A model generated the notes under the pieces. That model saw only the letters and a program-made list of their open reading frames with translations, had not been told where the DNA came from and ran no database searches. From the NCBI GenBank assembly GCA_017438745.1, contig JAFRUS010000093.1, positions 3,794 through 67,793 on the forward strand: a DNA stretch of 64,000 nucleotides, in the 5' to 3' direction. Positions 55,923-63,625 of the stretch are shown piece by piece; within the stretch, counting starts at the first letter, position 1; every line of letters starts with the position of its first letter. Source of the DNA: Oscillospiraceae bacterium (GTDB taxonomy: Bacteria; Bacillota; Clostridia; Oscillospirales; Ruminococcaceae). Both the position numbers and the translations under genes were made by a program.

Positions 55923-55928
55923 TGTGTT

Positions 55929-56264
55929 ATGCAAAACGTTATTTGTGTATATCGTAAAGATGAGTTGAATAATTCAAGAATACATGTTGGAAACATTATA
56001 AGAGAACCTGATGTATTCAAATTCAGATATTCCGAAGAATACAGAAATACCGCATCGTATGCTCCGATTTTTCCGTTTCTGAATAAGGATATGGAGTATA
56101 CAAACATCAATCTTTTCCCTGTTTTTGCTTCAAGGCTTCCGGATCCTAAACGTAAAGACATCGATAAGATCCTGAATAAATATAACATGTCTGAATATGA
56201 TCAGTTTACTCTTTTGCAAAAAAGCCAGGGACGACTTCCAATCGATACTCTTGAGTTTATATAA
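55929..56264 (+). CDS. HipS-like protein (stand-alone homolog of HipA N-terminal subdomain 1)
   Basis: 111 aa. VGNII....FKFRYSEEY...NLFPVFASRLPDPKRKD...DQFTLLQKSQGRLPIDTLEF follows the HipA N-terminal pattern (vG.L...f.Y...y...l.pfF.nLLPeg....d.f.lL...G.d..GAl.f). AAAGGA RBS, 6-nt gap after the kinase stop. Confidence 0.6.
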   Translation: MQNVICVYRKDELNNSRIHVGNIIREPDVFKFRYSEEYRNTASYAPIFPFLNKDMEYTNINLFPVFASRLPDPKRKDIDKILNKYNMSEYDQFTLLQKSQGRLPIDTLEFI

Positions 56265-56322
56265 TTTATTCACCGGAAGATGAAAGAGAAATTACCGAAT
56301 TCATGATTTTAAGCACATACTC

Positions 56323-56351
56323 TTGACAACAGTCTTTATAAATGTTATTAT
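56323..56351 (+). promoter_or_regulatory. Sigma-A promoter of the DEAD-box helicase gene
   Basis: TTGACA, 17 nt, TATTAT with an upstream TGt. Confidence 0.65.
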
Positions 56352-56418
56352 ATTAAATGATTGTGGGCGGCCATAGGTTCGCCCTTGTTTTTTTACAGGA
56401 AGGAACTGCGATTATTAT

Positions 56419-58137
56419 ATGAAATTCAATGAACTGCATTTGACAGAAGAAGTACTCAGAGCCATCGAAGACATGGGATTCAGTGAAGCCACTGAGATAC
56501 AGGCTAAAAGTATCCCGCTTATCCGTACAGGAAAGGATATCATAGGTAAATCCAATACCGGTACGGGAAAGACAGCAGCTTTTGGCATCCCGGCCATCGA
56601 AAGTATATCATACGAGAAAAAAGGCGTTGAAGTGCTCATTCTCTGCCCGACCAGAGAACTTGCAATGCAGGCGTGTGATGAGATAAAGAAATTCTCAAAA
56701 TATATGGGATGGGTAAAGCCTTGTGCTGTTTACGGCGGTGCCAGCATGGACAGACAGATACTCGACCTTAAGAAGGGCGCCAACATCGTTGTTGGTACAC
56801 CGGGACGAGTAATGGATCACATGAGAAGACGTACCATCAAGCTCGAAAACCTTAAGATGATCATTCTCGACGAGGCAGACGAAATGCTGAACATGGGCTT
56901 CCGTGAAGACATCGAAACCATCCTCCAGCAGATACCGGAAGAGAGACAGACTATAATGTTCTCAGCTACAATGCCTCCGGCTATCCTTGCTATCACAAAC
57001 CAGTATCAGAACGATCCTGAACTTATAAAGATCGACCAGAAGTACAGAACAGTTGACACGATAGAACAGTACTATTTCGATATTCCTGCCGGCATGAAGA
57101 CTGAGGCAATGCAGTATCTTCTCATGGCATATGAGCCGAAGGCTTCAATGATTTTCTGCAACACAAAGAAGATGGTAGATGAACTTACCGATGCTCTTAC
57201 AGCAAAGGGATTCAAGGCAGCAGGACTTCACGGTGACATGAAGCAGCAGCAGAGAAGCTTTGTAATGGACAAGTTCAAGTCAGGAAGAATAAACATTCTT
57301 ATCGCAACTGACGTAGCTGCAAGAGGTATCGACGTAAGCGGCGTTGACGTGGTGTTCAACTACGATCTCCCGCAGGATAACGAATACTACATTCACCGTA
57401 TAGGAAGAACAGGACGTGCAGGAAAATCCGGTACTGCATATACACTCATCAGCAACAGAAAGCAGATCTATGATCTCCGCGCACTTTCAAGATATATCAA
57501 AACTGAGATACAGGAAAAGGAACTTCCTCAGCGCAGCCAGATTATCGAATCCAAGATGCTCAAGGTAGTTTCAAAGATCACAGCTGCTTCAGAACAGCCT
57601 CTCCGCGAGGAAGCTGAAGTTATCCTCAATATCCTTACAAAGGAAAGATACTCTGTTGAAGAGATAGCAGGAATCCTTATCAACTTAAGACTCAACAAGG
57701 AACTTAAGAATATTCCTGAATTCGAGATCCCGAAGGTAGTCAAGAAGGAAAAGCCAAGACCAGCCGGCGGCGGTCAGAAGCTTACAAAGGACAAGGCTGT
57801 AAAGATCGAGATCTCAGCCGGAAAGTTAAGCAGAATAGCTCCGAACTTCATTCTCGGTGCACTTGTTGAAGCAACAGGCATGCAGGGAAAGAGCTTCGGC
57901 AAGATAGATATTTACGACAAGTATTCAACTGTTGAGGTTCCGATAGCCGATGCCGAATTCATCGTTGATGCTCTCGACAACACCAAGATAAACGGCAGAA
58001 AGGTATCTGTAAAGCTCTGTGAAAAGCAGCAGTCAGACAAGAGAGACCAGCGCTACGGCGGAAGCGGTTCTTCAAGAAGAGGCGATCATCACGGCAGAAG
58101 AAAACCTCAGGGTTATGAACGCCGTAAAAGAAAGTAA
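56419..58137 (+). CDS. DEAD-box ATP-dependent RNA helicase with a DbpA-type C-terminal RNA-binding domain and a basic tail
   Basis: 572 aa. Q motif, Walker A TGTGKT, DEAD (ILDEADEM), SAT and HRIGRTGR. The C-terminus is RRGDHHGRRKPQGYERRKRK. Confidence 0.9.
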   Translation: MKFNELHLTEEVLRAIEDMGFSEATEIQAKSIPLIRTGKDIIGKSNTGTGKTAAFGIPAIESISYEKKGVEVLILCPTRELAMQACDEIKKFSKYMGWVKPCAVYGGASMDRQILDLKKGANIVVGTPGRVMDHMRRRTIKLENLKMIILDEADEMLNMGFREDIETILQQIPEERQTIMFSATMPPAILAITNQYQNDPELIKIDQKYRTVDTIEQYYFDIPAGMKTEAMQYLLMAYEPKASMIFCNTKKMVDELTDALTAKGFKAAGLHGDMKQQQRSFVMDKFKSGRINILIATDVAARGIDVSGVDVVFNYDLPQDNEYYIHRIGRTGRAGKSGTAYTLISNRKQIYDLRALSRYIKTEIQEKELPQRSQIIESKMLKVVSKITAASEQPLREEAEVILNILTKERYSVEEIAGILINLRLNKELKNIPEFEIPKVVKKEKPRPAGGGQKLTKDKAVKIEISAGKLSRIAPNFILGALVEATGMQGKSFGKIDIYDKYSTVEVPIADAEFIVDALDNTKINGRKVSVKLCEKQQSDKRDQRYGGSGSSRRGDHHGRRKPQGYERRKRK

Positions 58138-58197
58138 TAATATCTGCGCATGCGCAGTGCAGTTACAGTAAACGATAATCAAAAGGAGTGCTTTTGA

Positions 58198-58428
58198 ATG
58201 GCAAACAATAAGAAGAGAAAACCAAGAAAAGTAAACAATGCAAAGCTTGCAAACACAGTAAATGCTAAAACTGAAAATGCAAACAGCACTGCAGAAAGAC
58301 CGGCATACGGCTACAGCAGCAGTACTTCAAACAGAAGCATGGTTTTAAGAGTACTTATCCTTGTCGTTGCAGGACTCATGTTCCTTGGAGCAATCTCACT
58401 TCCGTTTATTTCAGCATTAAGAGGCTGA
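58198..58428 (+). CDS. Small basic protein with a C-terminal TM helix
   Basis: 76 aa. AAGGAG RBS. TM segment VLRVLILVVAGLMFLGAISLPFI. Confidence 0.5.
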   Translation: MANNKKRKPRKVNNAKLANTVNAKTENANSTAERPAYGYSSSTSNRSMVLRVLILVVAGLMFLGAISLPFISALRG

Positions 58429-58453
58429 TAAAAGCCGTACAGAAAAACAAACC

Positions 58454-59143
58454 ATGAGGAAAATACTTGTAGCCGAGGACGACGAGCAGATAAACCGCCT
58501 TGTGTGTGATTATCTTTCGTCGGAAGGGTTTGATACCATTTCTGCACTGAACGGTCTTGATGCAGTGCGTCTGGTGCGTGAAAATACGGACATCTCGCTT
58601 GTGATACTTGATCTTATGCTTCCTTTTCAGAGCGGCGACATGGTTCTCAGAAAGATAAGGGAGTTTTCGTCCGTTCCTGTGATTATTCTTTCGGCCAAAA
58701 TTGAAACAAGCTCGAAGATAGATCTCATCAGAATGGGTGCGGACGATTATCTTACCAAGCCTTTTGACCTTGACGAACTTCTTGTTCGCATCGAAGCAGT
58801 GCTCAGACGATCCGGCGGCGGTGACAGTACAGACACTGAAGAAAAGATCCTGACTTTAAAAAATCTGACGCTGGATCTGAACTCCGGAACAGCAGAGGTA
58901 TGCGGCAAGGCAATAACTCTTACTGTCAAGGAGTTTGCCATACTCGTACTAATGCTTAAGAATCCGTCAAAGATCTGGTCAAAGGCCAATCTTTTTGAAA
59001 GCGTCTGGGGCGAGGCGTATCTCAGTGACGACAACACTGTAAAAGTACACATGAGCAACATCCGCGCCAAGATCAAAAAGCAGGATCCCGATAATGAATA
59101 CATCGAAACTGTCTGGGGAATGGGTTACAGGCTGTTAAGCTGA
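58454..59143 (+). CDS. OmpR-family response regulator
   Basis: 229 aa. Receiver domain (ILVAEDDE, LDLMLP) and a winged-helix C-terminus ending VWGMGYRL. The stop codon lies inside repeat copy H. Confidence 0.9.
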   Translation: MRKILVAEDDEQINRLVCDYLSSEGFDTISALNGLDAVRLVRENTDISLVILDLMLPFQSGDMVLRKIREFSSVPVIILSAKIETSSKIDLIRMGADDYLTKPFDLDELLVRIEAVLRRSGGGDSTDTEEKILTLKNLTLDLNSGTAEVCGKAITLTVKEFAILVLMLKNPSKIWSKANLFESVWGEAYLSDDNTVKVHMSNIRAKIKKQDPDNEYIETVWGMGYRLLS

Positions 59144-59232
59144 TTTGTTAATAAATCAGCTTGGGGCCCGGGGCGAAGCCCCGCAACCCCACCTCCGGAA
59201 ATCCGGCGAAGCCGGATTTCCGGTTTAATTTA
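59139..59232 (+). repeat. Modular repeat, copy H (forward)
   Basis: gctgatttgttaataaatcagc / ggcccggggcgaagccccg / ccggaaatccggcgaagccggatttccgg. Confidence 0.85.
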
Positions 59233-59313
59233 ACCTTTTCTTAACCACTCACTTAACGTTTTCTTTACCTTTTTCGTTTAGAATAAGATACAGAAAGAGA
59301 AAGGATGGTGGCT

Positions 59314-60228
59314 ATGACAAACAGTGTTATAACTATAAAGGGACTTTCCAAGTCCTACGGAAAAGCAAAGGTCCTTACGGATTTTGACCTTGACGTAGAA
59401 AAAGGTCATATCTGCGGACTGATAGGACCAAACGGTGCCGGCAAGACTACAATAATGAAGTGCCTTGCCGGTATCATTTTACCGGATTCCGGTGAGATGG
59501 AGTTTTTCGGCAGCGGGGAAGATATACAGAAAAACCGCGCCAGAATGAGCTTCATGATCGAACAGCCGGTTATTTCAGTTTCCATGACGGCAAGGGACAA
59601 TCTTGAGTACATAAGAATACTCAGAGGTTATCCCGATGAAAAGCGTGTCGATGAGATACTCGACATTGTAGGTCTTGCCGGCACCGGAAAGAAATATGCC
59701 GGCAAGTTTTCGCTGGGCATGAAACAGCGTCTCGGAATAGGAATGGCACTCCTTCCGAAACCGGAGATAATGGTGCTTGACGAGCCGGTAAACGGACTTG
59801 ATCCTGAAGGAATAGTCGAGATAAGAAAACTTATCAAAAAAATGCAGGAGGACTGGGGAGTTACCGTGCTCATTTCCAGTCATCTTCTGGCAGAACTCAG
59901 TGAGCTCTGCACCGATTTCTCCATAATAAGCGGAGGCAGGCTCGTTGAGAATCTCAGCCGTGAGGAATTACTTTTCAAGTGTCGCGGACACATAGCTGTC
60001 AGAACGAACGATATCAACAGGACGGCAGCGGTTCTGGAGGAAAAGCTTTCGCTTCATGACTACAAAGTCATCCACGGTGACGAGATACACATTTTCGAAA
60101 GACTCGATGAGACCGAACGTATCTCAAAAACCATTACAGACGAAGGCCTGATAATTACCAGACTGAATGAGGAAGGTCAGAATCTTGAGGACTACTATCT
60201 TGAAAAGGTAGGTGAGTGCCATGACTAG
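59314..60228 (+). CDS. ABC transporter ATP-binding protein
   Basis: Walker A GPNGAGKTT, signature FSLGMKQR and Walker B MVLDEP. The start is ATG 59305 or 59314. Confidence 0.9.
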   Translation: MTNSVITIKGLSKSYGKAKVLTDFDLDVEKGHICGLIGPNGAGKTTIMKCLAGIILPDSGEMEFFGSGEDIQKNRARMSFMIEQPVISVSMTARDNLEYIRILRGYPDEKRVDEILDIVGLAGTGKKYAGKFSLGMKQRLGIGMALLPKPEIMVLDEPVNGLDPEGIVEIRKLIKKMQEDWGVTVLISSHLLAELSELCTDFSIISGGRLVENLSREELLFKCRGHIAVRTNDINRTAAVLEEKLSLHDYKVIHGDEIHIFERLDETERISKTITDEGLIITRLNEEGQNLEDYYLEKVGECHD

Positions 60229-60949
60229 ACTTATGAAAGCTGAATGGTTCAGAATAAGGCATTCCGGTTCACAGTGGCTTATTTTGTGGTCCGTTCTTCT
60301 TATGTCTGCAGCCATAGTGCTGTTTGTAAATGAAGAAATGGCAGTTTCCCTTGACAGTTTTCTCGAGGCAGCTTTGAGTATGACTTCGGCAGCGGCCGTC
60401 GCCGTGACTTCAGTAATAGTTTACGCTTTTCATCTGAGACTTGGGCAGTACGAACTTGCCGGCGGATATTCACCGCATGAAATAGTTTTAAGCAAACTTC
60501 TGCTCGGAGCATTTATTCTGAACGTATTTTACTGTCTTCCGGTGCTTGTGCTGCTCGCAGTTCTGGGTTCAGTTCCCGCCGGTACTCTGTTCCTTATCTG
60601 GCTCTGTATCATGAGGATATATGTTTTCATAATGAGCTTCGGGATAGCATTCAAACATGTGGCAGTAAGTGTCTTCTCGCTTATGCTGCTTGCCTTTGAG
60701 ACTATGCCGTTTGTTTTTTTCGGATATGCTACAGGAACTGATGTTTCTCCTGCAGTTTCTATGCTGGTGTCCACACAGCTGTATGCTCTCGGCAGTGCAG
60801 AATTAAATGCTTCGATGCTGGAAGCGATACCGAATGAACATATCGCAGTTAAAATAATTATAAGCTCAGTCGTAGTGGCTGCACTTATGTACTGGCTTGC
60901 TTACGTTTCGACAAAGAAAAGATGGGTTACTGAACAGTCATATAAATAA
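60221..60949 (+). CDS. ABC-2-type transporter permease (about 6 TM)
   Basis: Hydrophobic protein of about 242 aa. Overlaps the ATPase gene by 8 nt. Its 3' end and stop lie in repeat copy I. Confidence 0.6.
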   Translation: MTRLMKAEWFRIRHSGSQWLILWSVLLMSAAIVLFVNEEMAVSLDSFLEAALSMTSAAAVAVTSVIVYAFHLRLGQYELAGGYSPHEIVLSKLLLGAFILNVFYCLPVLVLLAVLGSVPAGTLFLIWLCIMRIYVFIMSFGIAFKHVAVSVFSLMLLAFETMPFVFFGYATGTDVSPAVSMLVSTQLYALGSAELNASMLEAIPNEHIAVKIIISSVVVAALMYWLAYVSTKKRWVTEQSYK

Positions 60950-61032
60950 GCGCGGGGCACGGGGCGAAGCCCCGCAATCCCACCACCCCGGCAATCCGGC
61001 GAAGCCGGATTGCCGGCTTAATCAGTGTTTTC
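60940..61032 (+). repeat. Modular repeat, copy I (forward, left end truncated or absorbed into the CDS)
   Basis: cataaataagcg / cacggggcgaagccccg / ccggcaatccggcgaagccggattgccgg / ttaatcagtgttttc. Confidence 0.85.
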
Positions 61033-61053
61033 ATAAAAAAGGAGGTGCACGAT

Positions 61054-61971
61054 ATGGATATGATCTTTATTTCCGTTATCGTGTGCCTCTCTGTTTTTAT
61101 TGTATGGATACTTGTGAAATATATTCTGCTTAAACGCAATATAAGAAATTTCTCATCTGAACTTGAAAAGCTAAAATCTTCTGATTACCGTCAGCCTGTG
61201 AAGGTCACTGATTTTGATGATGATCTTGTAAAGCTTGCAGTTCTGGTAAATGAACATGTTGATATCCAGCGTAAACTCGGAGCGGGGTACCGTGAAAAGG
61301 AGAAACAGCTCGGAACGGTAATATCAGGTATATCGCATGATTTCAGAACTCCGCTGACATCGTCGCTGGGTTATCTTCAGATGATCGAAAAAAACGGTGA
61401 GCTTACGGGAAAGAACAGGGAATATCTTATGACGGCGATCCAGAAAAACCGTTATCTCAAAGAACTTTCCGATGACTTTTTTGAGTTCGCCAGAAATGAA
61501 AATCAGTCCGGCGATATGACTACTGAAGATGTGAACTTAAGCAATCTTATGACGGAGACTCTGCTTGAACAGCATTCATGGATCGAAAGCAGGAAGATGA
61601 AAACTGATTTTGAGGTGGAAGACGGGATTGTGATAAATACCGATCCGCATCTGCTTGAAAGAATCCTTGAAAACCTTATGTCCAACGCGGCCAAATATGC
61701 CATCGGAAGTTTTGGAGTCTTCTTAAAAAAGTCAGAGGATAATGTAAGTTTAAAAGTCTTCAACGGTCTTGCCGAAGGAATAACAGTTGACACGGAACGT
61801 GTGTTTGAACCGTTTTACCGTATGGATGCAAGAACGTCTGAAGGTTCAGGACTTGGTCTGTACGTTGTAAAGCTTCTGTGTGAACGTCTCGGCTGGAAGG
61901 TGAGTGCGGAAATAACAGAACAGAATATTTTCAGTTTGGAAATAATAATTAAAACGCAGACACGTCAGTGA
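61054..61971 (+). CDS. Sensor histidine kinase (single N-terminal TM, intramembrane-sensing type)
   Basis: H-box ISHDFRTPL, N-box MSNAAKY and G-box GSGLGLYV. GGAGG RBS 8 nt before ATG 61054. Confidence 0.85.
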   Translation: MDMIFISVIVCLSVFIVWILVKYILLKRNIRNFSSELEKLKSSDYRQPVKVTDFDDDLVKLAVLVNEHVDIQRKLGAGYREKEKQLGTVISGISHDFRTPLTSSLGYLQMIEKNGELTGKNREYLMTAIQKNRYLKELSDDFFEFARNENQSGDMTTEDVNLSNLMTETLLEQHSWIESRKMKTDFEVEDGIVINTDPHLLERILENLMSNAAKYAIGSFGVFLKKSEDNVSLKVFNGLAEGITVDTERVFEPFYRMDARTSEGSGLGLYVVKLLCERLGWKVSAEITEQNIFSLEIIIKTQTRQ

Positions 61972-62008
61972 ATCGGCGTGTGGATGGCAATTCCTTATAT
62001 GCATAAAA

Positions 62009-62049
62009 AAGGACAGAGCAGTGAAAGCTTCTGTCCTTAAATGTTTTTG
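62009..62049 (+). terminator. Probable terminator after the kinase gene
   Basis: Stem ggacaga / tctgtcc followed by ttaaatgttttt. Confidence 0.5.
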
Positions 62050-62120
62050 TTTGATAATAAACCGGTGATTTCCGGGAAGTCAGGTGAGGCTGTGTTTAAA
62101 GCGCTTAAATAACTGTTGAT

Positions 62121-62155
62121 AAAACAAAAAAAGAGCACTCCATAAGAAGTGCTCT
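62121..62155 (-). terminator. Rho-independent terminator of the tRNA operon
   Basis: On the minus strand: agagcact / agtgctct followed by tttttttgtttt. Confidence 0.8.
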
Positions 62156-62156
62156 C

Positions 62157-62233
62157 TGGTGCGCCTGGAGGGGCTCGAACCCCCGACCTACTGGTTCGTA
62201 GCCAGTCACTCTATCCAGCTGAGCTACAGACGC
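62157..62233 (-). tRNA. tRNA-Arg (anticodon ACG), CCA encoded
   Basis: The reverse complement GCGTCTGTAGCTCAGCTGGATAGAGTGACTGGCTACGAACCAGTAGGTCGGGGGTTCGAGCCCCTCCAGGCGCACCA folds as a cloverleaf. Anticodon loop CTACGAA. Confidence 0.95.
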
Positions 62234-62262
62234 ATGTGGGTTTGATTTTGTTTTAAATCAAG

Positions 62263-62335
62263 TGAGGTATTGGGGATTCGAACCCCAGACCCTTTGATTA
62301 AAAGTCAAATGCTCTGCCAACTGAGCTAATACCTC
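62263..62335 (-). tRNA. tRNA-Lys (anticodon TTT), CCA not encoded
   Basis: The reverse complement GAGGTATTAGCTCAGTTGGCAGAGCATTTGACTTTTAATCAAAGGGTCTGGGGTTCGAATCCCCAATACCTCA folds as a cloverleaf. Anticodon loop CTTTTAA. Confidence 0.95.
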
Positions 62336-62376
62336 ATCGTTATTCGGATGAGCTATCACCCGTGACAACGATATTT

Positions 62377-62405
62377 ATTATATCACTCTTCCTCTGCTTT
62401 GTCAA
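62377..62405 (-). promoter_or_regulatory. Consensus sigma-A promoter of the tRNA-Lys/tRNA-Arg operon
   Basis: On the minus strand: TTGACA (62405-62400), 17 nt, TATAAT (62382-62377). Confidence 0.7.
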
Positions 62406-62520
62406 CACCTTTTTTGAAATATTTCTGTTTTGATGCAATCTTTACGAAAATATATCAACAACCTGTTTAAAACTGTGTTGAATAATGACGACGAGCCATT
62501 TTTTATGTATGTGTGAGGAC

Positions 62521-62549
62521 TTGAAAAAAAGCCGGTTTTAATGTATAAT
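62521..62549 (+). promoter_or_regulatory. Sigma-A promoter of hprK
   Basis: TTGAAA, 17 nt, TATAAT. Confidence 0.6.
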
Positions 62550-62642
62550 TATAGTGAATGTATTAATGCTTTTGCATTTACTGTAATGGACGAAATAATG
62601 ATCTGCTTTCCAGCAGATAACGTAATAAAGGGGTGCGTGTCT

Positions 62643-63620
62643 ATGTCAAATACTAATATGCCGGATGTCAAATTTACGGTCACACTTCAGAAAATAATCG
62701 ATGAACTTAATCTTGAGACAATATATCTTCCTAAACCGGCTGAAGAGGTCCTTATCTCTGAAAACGAAGTAAACAGACCTGGTCTTCAGCTCATGAATTT
62801 CTACGAATACTTCAATCCTGAACGTATCCAGATCCTTGGTAAAACTGAGTTTGCCTATCTTTCAACAATAGGCGAGAAGAACCGTACCGAGATCATTCAC
62901 ACTCTGTTCAAGACCAAAATACCGGCGCTTGTCATTACACGTGACCTTGACTTAAGTTCCTTCCCGGAACTCGTAACACTTGCGCAACAGGAACAGATAC
63001 CGGTGCTCAAATCCAAGGACAGCACATCAAGCTTCATGGCTGCTCTCATCGCTTTCCTCAACCTCAATCTTGCACCGAGAATCACAAGACACGGCGTTCT
63101 TATCGAGATCTACGGCGAAGGTGTTCTCATCCTCGGCGAAAGCGGTGTCGGTAAGAGTGAAACTGCCATTGAGCTTGTAAAGCGCGGACACAGACTTGTA
63201 GCCGACGACTCAGTTGAGATCAGAAAGGTTTCAAACATCAGTCTTGTCGGAACATCTCCTGACAACATCCGTCACTTCCTTGAGCTTCGCGGCATAGGCA
63301 TCATCAATGCAAGAACACTTTTCGGTGTGGGTGCTGTCAAGGTGTCTGAAAAGATCGACCTTATCGTTGAACTTGAGATCTGGAATCCTGAAAAACTCTA
63401 CGACAGACTCGGTATCGACAACGAATATATTTCCATTCTCGGCGTTAATATTCCGGCGGTTACGATCCCTGTTAAGCCTGGCCGTAACCTTGCTGTAATC
63501 CTCGAGGTAGCTGCCATGAATGCAAGACAGAAGAAGATGGGCTACAATGCTACCCACGAGCTTCTTGAAAGACTCGGAATGGAACAGGAAGGCACAGACA
63601 TAGTAAGAGAACTGGAGTGA
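62643..63620 (+). CDS. hprK: HPr kinase/phosphorylase
   Basis: Walker A GESGVGKSE, the signature LVADD and ELRGIGIINA. The track start at 62541 lies inside the promoter; ATG 62643 follows an AAGGGG RBS. Confidence 0.9.
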   Translation: MSNTNMPDVKFTVTLQKIIDELNLETIYLPKPAEEVLISENEVNRPGLQLMNFYEYFNPERIQILGKTEFAYLSTIGEKNRTEIIHTLFKTKIPALVITRDLDLSSFPELVTLAQQEQIPVLKSKDSTSSFMAALIAFLNLNLAPRITRHGVLIEIYGEGVLILGESGVGKSETAIELVKRGHRLVADDSVEIRKVSNISLVGTSPDNIRHFLELRGIGIINARTLFGVGAVKVSEKIDLIVELEIWNPEKLYDRLGIDNEYISILGVNIPAVTIPVKPGRNLAVILEVAAMNARQKKMGYNATHELLERLGMEQEGTDIVRELE

Positions 63621-63625
63621 AATAA

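Noticed and set aside
62541-62642. N-terminal extensions in the ORF track: hprK from 62541, 8991, 18506, 20573, 38272, 39948, 35531 and 47983.
   Set aside because: The extended starts fall inside promoters or lack Shine-Dalgarno sequences. Internal ATGs with good RBS spacing give N-termini typical of the families, so the shorter models were used.
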